From the IMG/VR virus record IMGVR_UViG_3300030330_005866, positions 1 to 46,019 of that record: a stretch of 46,019 bases of DNA; one strand, 5' to 3'. Both the position numbers and the translations under genes were made by a program. Source of the stretch: a virus (lineage: Duplodnaviria > Caudoviricetes). This document shows, in pieces, positions 27,462-35,310 of this stretch (positions are counted from its first letter, which is position 1; every line of letters begins with the position of its first letter). The notes beneath the pieces were generated by a model. That model made no database searches, was not told the origin of the DNA, and saw nothing but the letters and a program-made list of their open reading frames with translations.

Positions 27462-28993
27462 GAGATTTCGAAGGAAGAAACTATATTGACGGCGAATGGA
27501 AGGCGACTTCCGAAATGTATACTAAAATCAACCCTGCCACTGGCAAAGCTCAAGGTGCTTTCCCGTTGAGCGGGAAGGCCGAGGTTTCTAAGGCGGTTTC
27601 AACGGCTCGGCGAGCTTTCAATAAATGGAAAAAAGTGAGTAGATTTGTTCGCTCGGATTACATGAACCGAGTCGCGCAGTTAATTGAAGAAAGAAAAGAT
27701 AAATTAGCTACTATTATTTCTTTAGAGACTGGAAAAAACTACAATGAAAGCGTTGCAGAGGTTAATGAAGCACTGCACATGGCTCAGTTTGCTTTTGGTT
27801 CTGGTCGTTATAGTCATGGCGAGGCTGTCTCTTCAGAGATTGCCGACAAAGATGCGTATATGCTTAGGAAGCCTAAAGGAGTAATCGCCATTGTTACTCC
27901 TTTCAACTTTCCACTAGCTATTGGAATGTTTTGGAATGCGGCTCCTGCCTTGGTAGAGGGAAATACTATTGTAATAAAGCCGAGTGAAGATGCTCCCATG
28001 TCTACTCAGGCTGCTGTTGAGATTTATGAAGATGCTGGGATACCTCGCGGTGTTATTAACTTGGTTCATGGCAACGGCGATACTGGCGACTGTCTGGTTC
28101 GCGAAAACGTTGATCATGTGTGTTTTACTGGTAGCGCAGAAGTTGGAAAACTTATCCGGCAAGCGGCGGCGGAGAGTTGGCACAAAACAACCTCTTGCGA
28201 GTTAGGTAGTAAATCTGCCTGTATCGTTTTTGATGATGTAGAAATGGATTTGGCTATTGAAGCTGCGGTAGCAAGTGCATTTAAATTATCGGGACAAAGG
28301 TGTGTTTCTTCTGGAAGAATGATCGTGCAAAGAACTGTTTATAATGAATTTTGCAAACGGTTTGTAGAAGAAGCTTCGAAACTGAAAACGGGAAATCCAT
28401 TTAAATCTATGCTTGGCACATCAGGGTGTCCTGATGCAATGGTTTGGGAGGAGCTTGTTCCAAATGAAGATATTTATTATGGGCCGATAATCAATGAACA
28501 GGGGTTTGCTAAAATCAGAAAATTTAACAGCCTAGTTGCTTCCGATCCCAAGGCTGAAATTCTTTTGTCTCCGGTTTACACTGGAGAGGGTAAAAGTTTT
28601 TATTCTACTCCAATGGTTTATAGAAGCGAGTGGCGAGATTGTGACATGGGGTACTTGAGGAGTGAGGTTTTTGGCCCTCATGTTGGGATCATTCCATTTG
28701 ACACAATCGAAGATGCGATTCGTATTTATAACGATACTGAATACGGATTAGCCGTTGGAGTTTTAACAAACGATTTTAGAAAAGCTAGAATCATGAGAGA
28801 CGAGTGCGATGCGGGAATGATTTACTGGAACGGCGGATCGATTGCTGCTGAGTCTCATTTAGCTTTTGGCGGTGTTAAAAAATCTGGCAATGGATTTCCT
28901 AGTGCCGCAAGAACATTTAGAGCGGTAACGCATGAGATAAGCTGGACAGTCAACCACGCAGACTCTTTGACGTTCCCTCAAGGTATGAAGTAA
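27458..28993 (+). CDS. Aldehyde dehydrogenase family protein
   Basis: PFNFP, KPSE, FTGS, ELGSK, SGQRC, EVFGP, FGGVKKSG. Confidence 0.95.
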   Translation: MRDFEGRNYIDGEWKATSEMYTKINPATGKAQGAFPLSGKAEVSKAVSTARRAFNKWKKVSRFVRSDYMNRVAQLIEERKDKLATIISLETGKNYNESVAEVNEALHMAQFAFGSGRYSHGEAVSSEIADKDAYMLRKPKGVIAIVTPFNFPLAIGMFWNAAPALVEGNTIVIKPSEDAPMSTQAAVEIYEDAGIPRGVINLVHGNGDTGDCLVRENVDHVCFTGSAEVGKLIRQAAAESWHKTTSCELGSKSACIVFDDVEMDLAIEAAVASAFKLSGQRCVSSGRMIVQRTVYNEFCKRFVEEASKLKTGNPFKSMLGTSGCPDAMVWEELVPNEDIYYGPIINEQGFAKIRKFNSLVASDPKAEILLSPVYTGEGKSFYSTPMVYRSEWRDCDMGYLRSEVFGPHVGIIPFDTIEDAIRIYNDTEYGLAVGVLTNDFRKARIMRDECDAGMIYWNGGSIAAESHLAFGGVKKSGNGFPSAARTFRAVTHEISWTVNHADSLTFPQGMK

Positions 28994-28995
28994 AA

Positions 28996-29361
28996 ATGGA
29001 ATTCCACGATTCAAAACAATTCGCGGCAGACGATGTAAAAGTTGCTCTGGTTGATATCGACGAGACGGTTTGCCACTACCCAAATAAAAGAAGATATGAT
29101 CTAGCAGAGCCTTTGGTAGATAATATAGCTAAAATAAATAAACTATATGATGAGGGTTGGCAGATTATTTATTGGACGGCTCGTGGGGGTTCTGAAAAAT
29201 CTAAAGCTGAAGGTAGATGTTATTATGATTTTACTTGGAAGCAGTTGGAGTCTTGGGGCTGTAAGTTTCATGACTTGTCAACAGGTTCAAAGGGTAAATA
29301 TATCAAACCAGCCTGTGATTTAGTAATTGATGATAAGTCGAAAAGGATAGAAGAGATATGA
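28996..29361 (+). CDS. Small HAD-like phosphatase
   Basis: VDIDETVC, YWTARG, KP..DLVIDDK. Confidence 0.8.
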   Translation: MEFHDSKQFAADDVKVALVDIDETVCHYPNKRRYDLAEPLVDNIAKINKLYDEGWQIIYWTARGGSEKSKAEGRCYYDFTWKQLESWGCKFHDLSTGSKGKYIKPACDLVIDDKSKRIEEI

Positions 29362-29515
29362 GGTGGTGCTCTTGGCATTATTTGGTACATAAATGGCCAA
29401 CGGTTTCTACTATAAATAAAAATGGGGAGTACGAAATAAAACAATCTAAATATTGCAAGTCAGGAGACTTAGTATGGATTTTAGAAGAAGAAAAACTTAT
29501 TGAAACAAGGATCAT

Positions 29516-30571
29516 ATGAAAGCTTTAGTTTGTGGTTATGGCAGAATGGGAAAGTGCATTCACAATGGAATGCAAAAATTAGATTTTGAGGTGGTCGCAA
29601 TAGACTCTTACCCCGAAGCTAATAAAAATTTTCCAGAAACTAAATTTATTTGTACGCCTGAATATCAAGATATAGAAAAAGCTATTAATTATTTTCAGCC
29701 AGATATTCTTATTTGCAGTTTACCATATCACCAACTGCTCAAAGTAGCTGAATACGCTATCGCAAAAGGTATTCGGTATTGCGATTTGGGTGGAAGAGTA
29801 GACGTATCCAAAAAAATCAATGATCTCGCGGCTGAACAAGCCAAGAAACCAGTAATTACTGACCTTGGACTCGCGCCCGGTTTGGTTAACATTTTAGCAG
29901 AGTGGGGCTATTCCACCGTTGGCGAAGGCGTTGATACTGTAAATATGTTTGTTGGGGGATTACCAGCGATTAAGTTCAATCCGCCGCTAAATTATGCAGT
30001 TACTTGGTCTATTGACGGCTTAATAAACGAGTACAAAGATGACTGCGAAGTTTTGGTGGATGGAGAATTTAAGAATGTCGCGGGTATGGAAGGATGCCAA
30101 AAAGTAGACTTCGGCTTGTTTGAGGACGAAAACTTAGAAGCTTTTTACACTAGCGGAGGCGCAGCGCATACAATTAAAACAATGCAAGAGCGCGGTGTCA
30201 AAAACTGTTCTTATAAAACAATTAGATACGAAGGTCATCGCGATTTAATAAAATGGTTAATAAGAGACTGCGATTTGACTAGCGACTGCTTAGAATCCAT
30301 CTTTGAAACGGGTTGTCAAAATCAATACGGCGATATTGTTTTAGTAAAAGCAGAAGTAAAAGCGAAAGATTTAACTTGGAATAAAGAAGTTATCATAGGT
30401 TATGATCACGAATTTACCGCAATGCAAAAATCAACTTCATACTCTATTGCCTCGGTAGCCGCTTTGATGGGCGAAGGTAAATTAGACGGTAACTATAACC
30501 AATTAAATTATAGCGATATACCATTTGAAGACTTTAAAAATAACTTATCCAAATTAGGAATAAATATTTAG
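29516..30571 (+). CDS. Saccharopine dehydrogenase / lysine 6-dehydrogenase family
   Basis: GYGRMG, LPY, YCDLGG, DLGLAPG, VGGLP, WSIDGLINEY, LEAFYTSGG, YKTIRYEGH. Confidence 0.9.
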   Translation: MKALVCGYGRMGKCIHNGMQKLDFEVVAIDSYPEANKNFPETKFICTPEYQDIEKAINYFQPDILICSLPYHQLLKVAEYAIAKGIRYCDLGGRVDVSKKINDLAAEQAKKPVITDLGLAPGLVNILAEWGYSTVGEGVDTVNMFVGGLPAIKFNPPLNYAVTWSIDGLINEYKDDCEVLVDGEFKNVAGMEGCQKVDFGLFEDENLEAFYTSGGAAHTIKTMQERGVKNCSYKTIRYEGHRDLIKWLIRDCDLTSDCLESIFETGCQNQYGDIVLVKAEVKAKDLTWNKEVIIGYDHEFTAMQKSTSYSIASVAALMGEGKLDGNYNQLNYSDIPFEDFKNNLSKLGINI

Positions 30572-30579
30572 ATTTAAAA

Positions 30580-30786
30580 ATGACTGAAGTAAAATTAAAG
30601 AAGGGGGAATCTGTCGATAAAGCATTAAGAAAATTAAAGAAAAAAATGCTAAAAGAAGATGTCTTGGGTGAATATCGCAAAAGAAAAAATTACGAAAAGC
30701 CTTCAAAGAAAAACTACAAAGAAATGCGCCGCAAAAAATACAACCAGAAAAATCGCTCTATAGAAGAAGCAAAATATTGGGGTTGA
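30580..30786 (+). CDS. rpsU: 30S ribosomal protein bS21
   Basis: VKLKKGESVDKALRKLKKK...EYRKRKNYEKPS. Confidence 0.9.
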   Translation: MTEVKLKKGESVDKALRKLKKKMLKEDVLGEYRKRKNYEKPSKKNYKEMRRKKYNQKNRSIEEAKYWG

Positions 30787-30811
30787 CATCACAGCAAAAA
30801 CGTGCTATGGT
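30783..30811 (+). promoter_or_regulatory. sigma70-type promoter (leaderless)
   Basis: TTGACA-17 nt-TATGGT, 6 nt before the ATG at 30818. Confidence 0.75.
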
Positions 30812-30817
30812 GTTTAT

Positions 30818-31363
30818 ATGCAAAACGAAAACATCTTAGAAAAAACAAGAACCTACCTAGTAGGCCACATGCAATACGCAAGTGGGCGTGATTGGCGGAA
30901 ATACGTTGAGGATGAACTAGAGAAACTTAACATTGTCACTTTCAATCCTTACAGAAAACCCTTTGTAAAAGACGTAGAAGAAGACGAGGGTGCTCGCCAA
31001 AAAATGGCTGATGATATGGCCAGCAAATATTATAATGACGTTACAGAAAGAATGCGCGTTGTTCGTAATTATGATTTGAATCTTGTTGATCGTTCTGATT
31101 TTATTATAGCTCACATACTTCCCGAAGTAGCAAGCTGGGGCAGCGCAGAAGAACTTGTTACTGCGGTTCGAGCAAAGAAACCTATCTTTATCTCAATGGA
31201 AGGCGGAAAACAAAAAACGCCACTTTGGATCATGGGAATGTTGCCGCATCACTATATTTACAATAGTATCGAGGAAGTTCTTGATATGATCCACCAAATC
31301 AACGATGGCAAAAAAGCTATTGATAGTGACCGTTGGAGACTACTCAGAAAAGAATTGCGATAA
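30818..31363 (+). CDS. Nucleoside 2-deoxyribosyltransferase-like protein
   Basis: YLVGHM...WR...FNP...DLNLVDRSD...SWGSAEE...KP. Confidence 0.75.
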   Translation: MQNENILEKTRTYLVGHMQYASGRDWRKYVEDELEKLNIVTFNPYRKPFVKDVEEDEGARQKMADDMASKYYNDVTERMRVVRNYDLNLVDRSDFIIAHILPEVASWGSAEELVTAVRAKKPIFISMEGGKQKTPLWIMGMLPHHYIYNSIEEVLDMIHQINDGKKAIDSDRWRLLRKELR

Positions 31364-31378
31364 ATTTAAAAAAAGTAG

Positions 31379-31407
31379 TTGACATAAAATCAAAAATCTG
31401 ATATAGT
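31379..31407 (+). promoter_or_regulatory. sigma70-type promoter
   Basis: TTGACA-17 nt-TATAGT. Confidence 0.75.
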
Positions 31408-31416
31408 AAAAGGACA

Positions 31417-31581
31417 ATGAAGACATTAGATATTATTTATCTTGTAGCAAGTATCGCAAGTTTAACCGCCAGTGTATTACTGTGGTTCGGCGGATCGAAA
31501 GAGGCTGGAATTTATGTTGGACTATGGGTTCCAAGTATTTTAGGCTTCTGGAATGTACACAAAGTAATTAGCAAAGATTAA
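31417..31581 (+). CDS. Small two-TM membrane protein (54 aa; not in ORF track)
   Basis: MKTLDIIYLVASIASLTASVLLWFGGSKEAGIYVGLWVPSILGFWNVHKVISKD. Confidence 0.7.
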   Translation: MKTLDIIYLVASIASLTASVLLWFGGSKEAGIYVGLWVPSILGFWNVHKVISKD

Positions 31582-31925
31582 TGAACGTAATAGCTAAATA
31601 CATCCCAAAGAAAAAGTCCATACAAATAAAGGGCTTTAAGGAGGGGTACGCTAGAAATAAAAAGCAAAGACTAAAGAAAAGTCACGCTTTCAGCATGACG
31701 CTCGAACGCGTCGAAAAGGGCGGCTGGCTCAAAGGTGCTGTAGATTTAAGTGAGATTAATAGCTTGGAAGAAAAGAAAACTCCAAGACCAAAGTGGAAGC
31801 AGCGAGTAGAATTAGCCGTCTGCAAAGAAAGAGGGCTTGCTCTTGTTGATATTAAAACTAAAGAACCTGTTAAGGGTTATTCCACAAGACTTTTCCTAGA
31901 AGGAAATAAAATTTTTGTTCTTTAA
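31581..31925 (+). CDS. Basic hypothetical protein
   Basis: TAATG coupling with the upstream ORF. Confidence 0.65.
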   Translation: MNVIAKYIPKKKSIQIKGFKEGYARNKKQRLKKSHAFSMTLERVEKGGWLKGAVDLSEINSLEEKKTPRPKWKQRVELAVCKERGLALVDIKTKEPVKGYSTRLFLEGNKIFVL

Positions 31926-31929
31926 CATA

Positions 31930-32255
31930 ATTTGCTTGCATCTTGGGATGCAAAATACGAGCAGGTAGTTTTCCCACAAAGGGAAATACTATAAAAGTAA
32001 AAAACAGTTGGTCGCTGTGCGTGCTGCTATCTGTTCAGCCAAAAAGGTGCAAGCGAAATAATTTTGTTGCTCGACGGAGCAACGAAGGGTATGACGGAAT
32101 AAGCTGCTGTTGTGGCAGTTAACGTGCAATGCTCGTTGGCAGGACTCACCAAGTCTGGGGGCCGATGAGGGTTGGCTCAAAGTAAGGTTTTGACTTGAAA
32201 ACTCAAGCTACAACCCCGAAAAGATAGAGGTATATGAGAATCCTCTTACCCATTA
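31930..32255 (+). ncRNA. Putative unclassified structured ncRNA upstream of the TnpB-like gene
   Basis: Non-coding run of hairpins plus possible long-range pairs (CTATCT 32027 with AGATAG 32222; GGGTA 32087 with TACCC 32247); boundaries and strand approximate. Confidence 0.5.
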
Positions 32256-32344
32256 ATTTACAATTTGAGCGATAGCGATGAGTCTAGGAGGTTGGCTACG
32301 CCTCACTTGGGGACACTCTACGCCGTGACTCGCTCAATACTTTT

Positions 32345-32411
32345 GAGGCTTGCACCTGCCTCATGCTGGTCTCTGAGTGCCAAGCTGAAAGGTGTGACTA
32401 CTGAAACTCAG
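32345..32411 (+). repeat. Structured repeat element copy F (core only; hexamer ACTACT)
   Basis: 67-nt core directly abutting copy G. Confidence 0.95.
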
Positions 32412-32511
32412 AAGGCTCACGCTTGCCTTACGTTGGTGACTAAGTGCCAAATTGAAAAGTGCGATAGGTGAAACTTAGCGAGGTTGCCTCCCCCTTGATC
32501 AAAGGGAGGCG
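32412..32511 (+). repeat. Structured repeat element copy G (most divergent; hexamer ATAGGT)
   Basis: Covaried stems AAGGC/GCCTT, CTAAGT/ACTTAG, TGCCTCCC/GGGAGGCG. Confidence 0.93.
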
Positions 32512-32563
32512 AGTAAACATTTCGCTCGTAATAAGGAAATGAGTAAATACCAAATATAATAAA

Positions 32564-34054
32564 ATGAATACAAACACTATTTCTTACAAAAGAATCTGTT
32601 CTATTAAACTCTCCGTTCTTGAATCTGAAGAGTTTGGCGATTATCGAAAATTGATTAAAAAGTTTGCGGGGGAAATCTCGAAAGAGATGTTCAAAATGAC
32701 CCAAACAGGTTTTTTTCAAGATTACAAAAGTTATAAGTTTTACTGCGAAGCTCCTGAATCAGCGGGCGGAGAGTATCACTACACGGGGCGTGGAGATAAA
32801 AAGAAATTAAAATATCCAGTCCCAGTAAAGCGTTTGACTCAAGGTGAATTTGAGAAATTACCAGCCATATCCAAAGTAATTAATAAATACTTTCCAGAGG
32901 GTTCTGACGCTCAAAAAGGTTATATTACTGGATTTATTGATCAGGTTGCGCGAAGGTACGAAGGATGCATGGAGCGAAACACGAAAATGCCTTCCCGTAA
33001 GATTGATCCGTTAAGAGCATCTATCGACTTCAATAAAGAGCAGGTCAATGTAAATGTTGACAGCGGAGAAGTTAAAATCCGCAGCGTTTTTGGTAAGGGT
33101 AAAAATACTTTCTATTTTGACCTTGTTACTAATTTAAATGAATCTTTCATAGGTCATTTAGAGGATTTTAAGCACGAGTTTGCGGATAAGTACAACGCCA
33201 AAACAGGATTCTACGAAAAGCTAAATGCTACTTACATTTACCGAAAAGGTAATCGTAGAGAATTAATGTTCAAAATTACTGAGTATCGAAACTTGGAAAA
33301 GGCTGACATTTTCTTGGGAATCGATCTCAACAAGAACCTTGAAAACTTTATTGCTCTAAGTCGTGAAGTTGGCGGTAAAAAGATTTATTCTAAGTTTATT
33401 GAATTGACTGCCTGTGAAGAAAAAATTCGTGAACTTGAGAATGAAGTAAAAGATACTATTGCCGCGCCCAACGCAGAGAAAATCAAAGGCTCCTCAAAAA
33501 GAGCGAAAAGGACTCGACTGCGCCGACAAGTCCATTCATGGCAAGCCAAGCAATTAAATATCGCTAGAGCCGCAGTAACAGAGCTTCTAAATAAGTTTAG
33601 AAACGAGAACTCCGACAAGAGAATTGGTATTGCGATTGATACAAACACCACAGGCTCAAAGCTGGGTACTTATTCTCACGATGTTGTACGGCGAGCCTTA
33701 AAAGAGTATGCGGATTCTGAAGGCGTTGTTTATTATGAGATTCCAACGGCTTATACTACAATGCATCATCCAGAGTGCGGGGCTTTTGATCCCAAGGCTC
33801 GCGGCAGGGTTCCAGAAAAGTTTATGCACTTAAAAGGCGATGCTAAAGCTTACATTGAAACAAAGTACAAAAATATGTATGTTTGTGAATGTGGCTATGA
33901 AGAACACGCAGATATTCACGCCGCTAAAAACATTGAAATCAGAGCAGGAGTATTGCAAGATTTAAATGTTCAAATGAACAACACATGGAGCGGAAAAGTC
34001 AAAATTGAGTATTTAAGTAGACTCAAAGAGGCTGGATACTCTCCCAACAAGTAG
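32564..34054 (+). CDS. TnpB/Cas12f-like RuvC nuclease-family protein (orphan)
   Basis: RuvC-I FLGIDLN (D254), basic bridge helix, RuvC-II IAIDTN (D359), YTTMHHPECG...CECG zinc finger, RuvC-III HADIHAAKNI (D450). Confidence 0.88.
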   Translation: MNTNTISYKRICSIKLSVLESEEFGDYRKLIKKFAGEISKEMFKMTQTGFFQDYKSYKFYCEAPESAGGEYHYTGRGDKKKLKYPVPVKRLTQGEFEKLPAISKVINKYFPEGSDAQKGYITGFIDQVARRYEGCMERNTKMPSRKIDPLRASIDFNKEQVNVNVDSGEVKIRSVFGKGKNTFYFDLVTNLNESFIGHLEDFKHEFADKYNAKTGFYEKLNATYIYRKGNRRELMFKITEYRNLEKADIFLGIDLNKNLENFIALSREVGGKKIYSKFIELTACEEKIRELENEVKDTIAAPNAEKIKGSSKRAKRTRLRRQVHSWQAKQLNIARAAVTELLNKFRNENSDKRIGIAIDTNTTGSKLGTYSHDVVRRALKEYADSEGVVYYEIPTAYTTMHHPECGAFDPKARGRVPEKFMHLKGDAKAYIETKYKNMYVCECGYEEHADIHAAKNIEIRAGVLQDLNVQMNNTWSGKVKIEYLSRLKEAGYSPNK

Positions 34055-34147
34055 GCCCGCATCTGCCTCATGCTGGTGTCTGAGTGCCACGTTGAAAGGT
34101 GCGAGTCTTGAAACTCAGCAAGGTTGCCCCGCCTTGACCCAAGGGGT
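34052..34147 (+). repeat. Structured repeat element copy H (hexamer AGTCTT), starts at the TAG stop of the TnpB-like gene
   Basis: Consensus core plus 3' module. Confidence 0.95.
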
Positions 34148-34155
34148 TGAATTTT

Positions 34156-34252
34156 GAGGCCCGTACCTGTCTCATGCTGGTCTCTGAGTGCCATGCCGAA
34201 AGGTGCGATATAAGAAACTCAGCAAGGTTGCCCCGCCTTGACCCAAGGGGGT
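34156..34252 (+). repeat. Structured repeat element copy I (hexamer ATATAA)
   Basis: Consensus core plus 3' module; tandem with copy H. Confidence 0.95.
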
Positions 34253-34267
34253 TGAAAGATTTTAAAA

Positions 34268-34798
34268 ATGAATAGAAGAAATTTTATTAAAACTACTGCT
34301 GCTGGCACAGCACTCGCAACTTGGACTGTAACTTGCAAGTTTGAGGAAGAAGAACATGACCCCAAAGGTCACGAAGGCGAAACTGGAGAGGTCGGCTACA
34401 ACTGGAATTATAGAGTTTATTGCTACGAGCGTGGACAAGGTGAGTGGGTATTCAGTACAAGCACGGTAGGTTCTTTCGCTTATCAAAGAGAATATATGAC
34501 TCTTGAGGATGAAAAACAAAGTTCTTATCATGGTTTTATGGAAGAAGGCAAACTTCATTTTGCTAATTTAGAAGAAGCCCAAAGTTTCATCGAACATCAT
34601 TACCAACAAAAAGATAACGAGAATATTATAGATACTATTTATGATATTTATTATGTTGATCGGAACAATCTTGAATATGAGTCTTGTCAGCCAGCAGAAA
34701 TACAAGTAGCTCATCACTGGTACAATCAAAGCGGCAAACAAATACAGTGGCAAGCAAAACCGCCGTATTCCGATGTATCTAAGATCGAGCGTTCGTAA
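34268..34798 (+). CDS. Protein with twin-arginine (Tat) signal
   Basis: MNRRNFIKTTAAGTALA. Confidence 0.7.
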   Translation: MNRRNFIKTTAAGTALATWTVTCKFEEEEHDPKGHEGETGEVGYNWNYRVYCYERGQGEWVFSTSTVGSFAYQREYMTLEDEKQSSYHGFMEEGKLHFANLEEAQSFIEHHYQQKDNENIIDTIYDIYYVDRNNLEYESCQPAEIQVAHHWYNQSGKQIQWQAKPPYSDVSKIERS

Positions 34799-34848
34799 AA
34801 AAACCTAAATAAACTTGAATTCTTAAAGAATATTATTGATAATATAAT

Positions 34849-35310
34849 ATGACTATTTTCGTAAAATGGTTTATTATTAACGCGATAATCATTACGGGGT
34901 TGATTTTAGCTCAGACTCAAGGGGTTTTATCTTCTATCATCAAAAATGATGCTTCTTATTTGTCTATCGTCATGATGACGGTTTATGTTGTTTTGTGCGT
35001 TTTTATTGGTTTATTATGCTTTAATGCTGATCTTTGTAAGAAAAAGACTGATAAAGAAGCAATTATAAGAAAAAGTGATATCGGCTGGTTTTGCGCCGAG
35101 CACTTCTTTTCCTTGGGGCTGCTGGGAACAATCATTGGACTTTGCATCGCTACTGGCGACAGCTTGACCGATAGCGATTCTGTTAGTCAAATAGTCGCTG
35201 GCCTAAAACACGGCTTGAACACCGCTTTTTATACTACTATTTGCGGTATTACTCTTAGTCTTTTCTCTCAGATTCAACTTCTTGTTTTGAAGCGGGGCTT
35301 GGAGAAATGA
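34849..35310 (+). CDS. MotA/TolQ/ExbB proton-channel family membrane protein
   Basis: LGLLGTIIGL...GLNTAFYTTICG. Confidence 0.8.
   Translation: MTIFVKWFIINAIIITGLILAQTQGVLSSIIKNDASYLSIVMMTVYVVLCVFIGLLCFNADLCKKKTDKEAIIRKSDIGWFCAEHFFSLGLLGTIIGLCIATGDSLTDSDSVSQIVAGLKHGLNTAFYTTICGITLSLFSQIQLLVLKRGLEK

Noticed and set aside
32136-32152. TTGGCA-ggac-TCACCAA as an anti-repeat (tracr-like) partner of copy G
   Set aside because: Only 6+7 interrupted pairs, partly explained by both sequences being TTGG/CCAA hairpins.
31989-32180. Minus-strand 63-aa ORF upstream of the TnpB-like gene
   Set aside because: Opposes local transcription, non-ATG start, no motifs; the region is better explained as structured RNA.
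34052-34252. Tandem repeats next to a Cas12f-like gene read as a CRISPR array
   Set aside because: Units are about 67-100 nt, at most two in tandem, with 0-8 nt near-constant linkers and no 20-40 nt unique spacers.
32345-34252. Autonomous IS200/IS605 or IS607 element
   Set aside because: No Y1 or serine transposase here, and the same element lies on both sides in direct orientation rather than as distinct left and right ends. A transposase elsewhere cannot be excluded.
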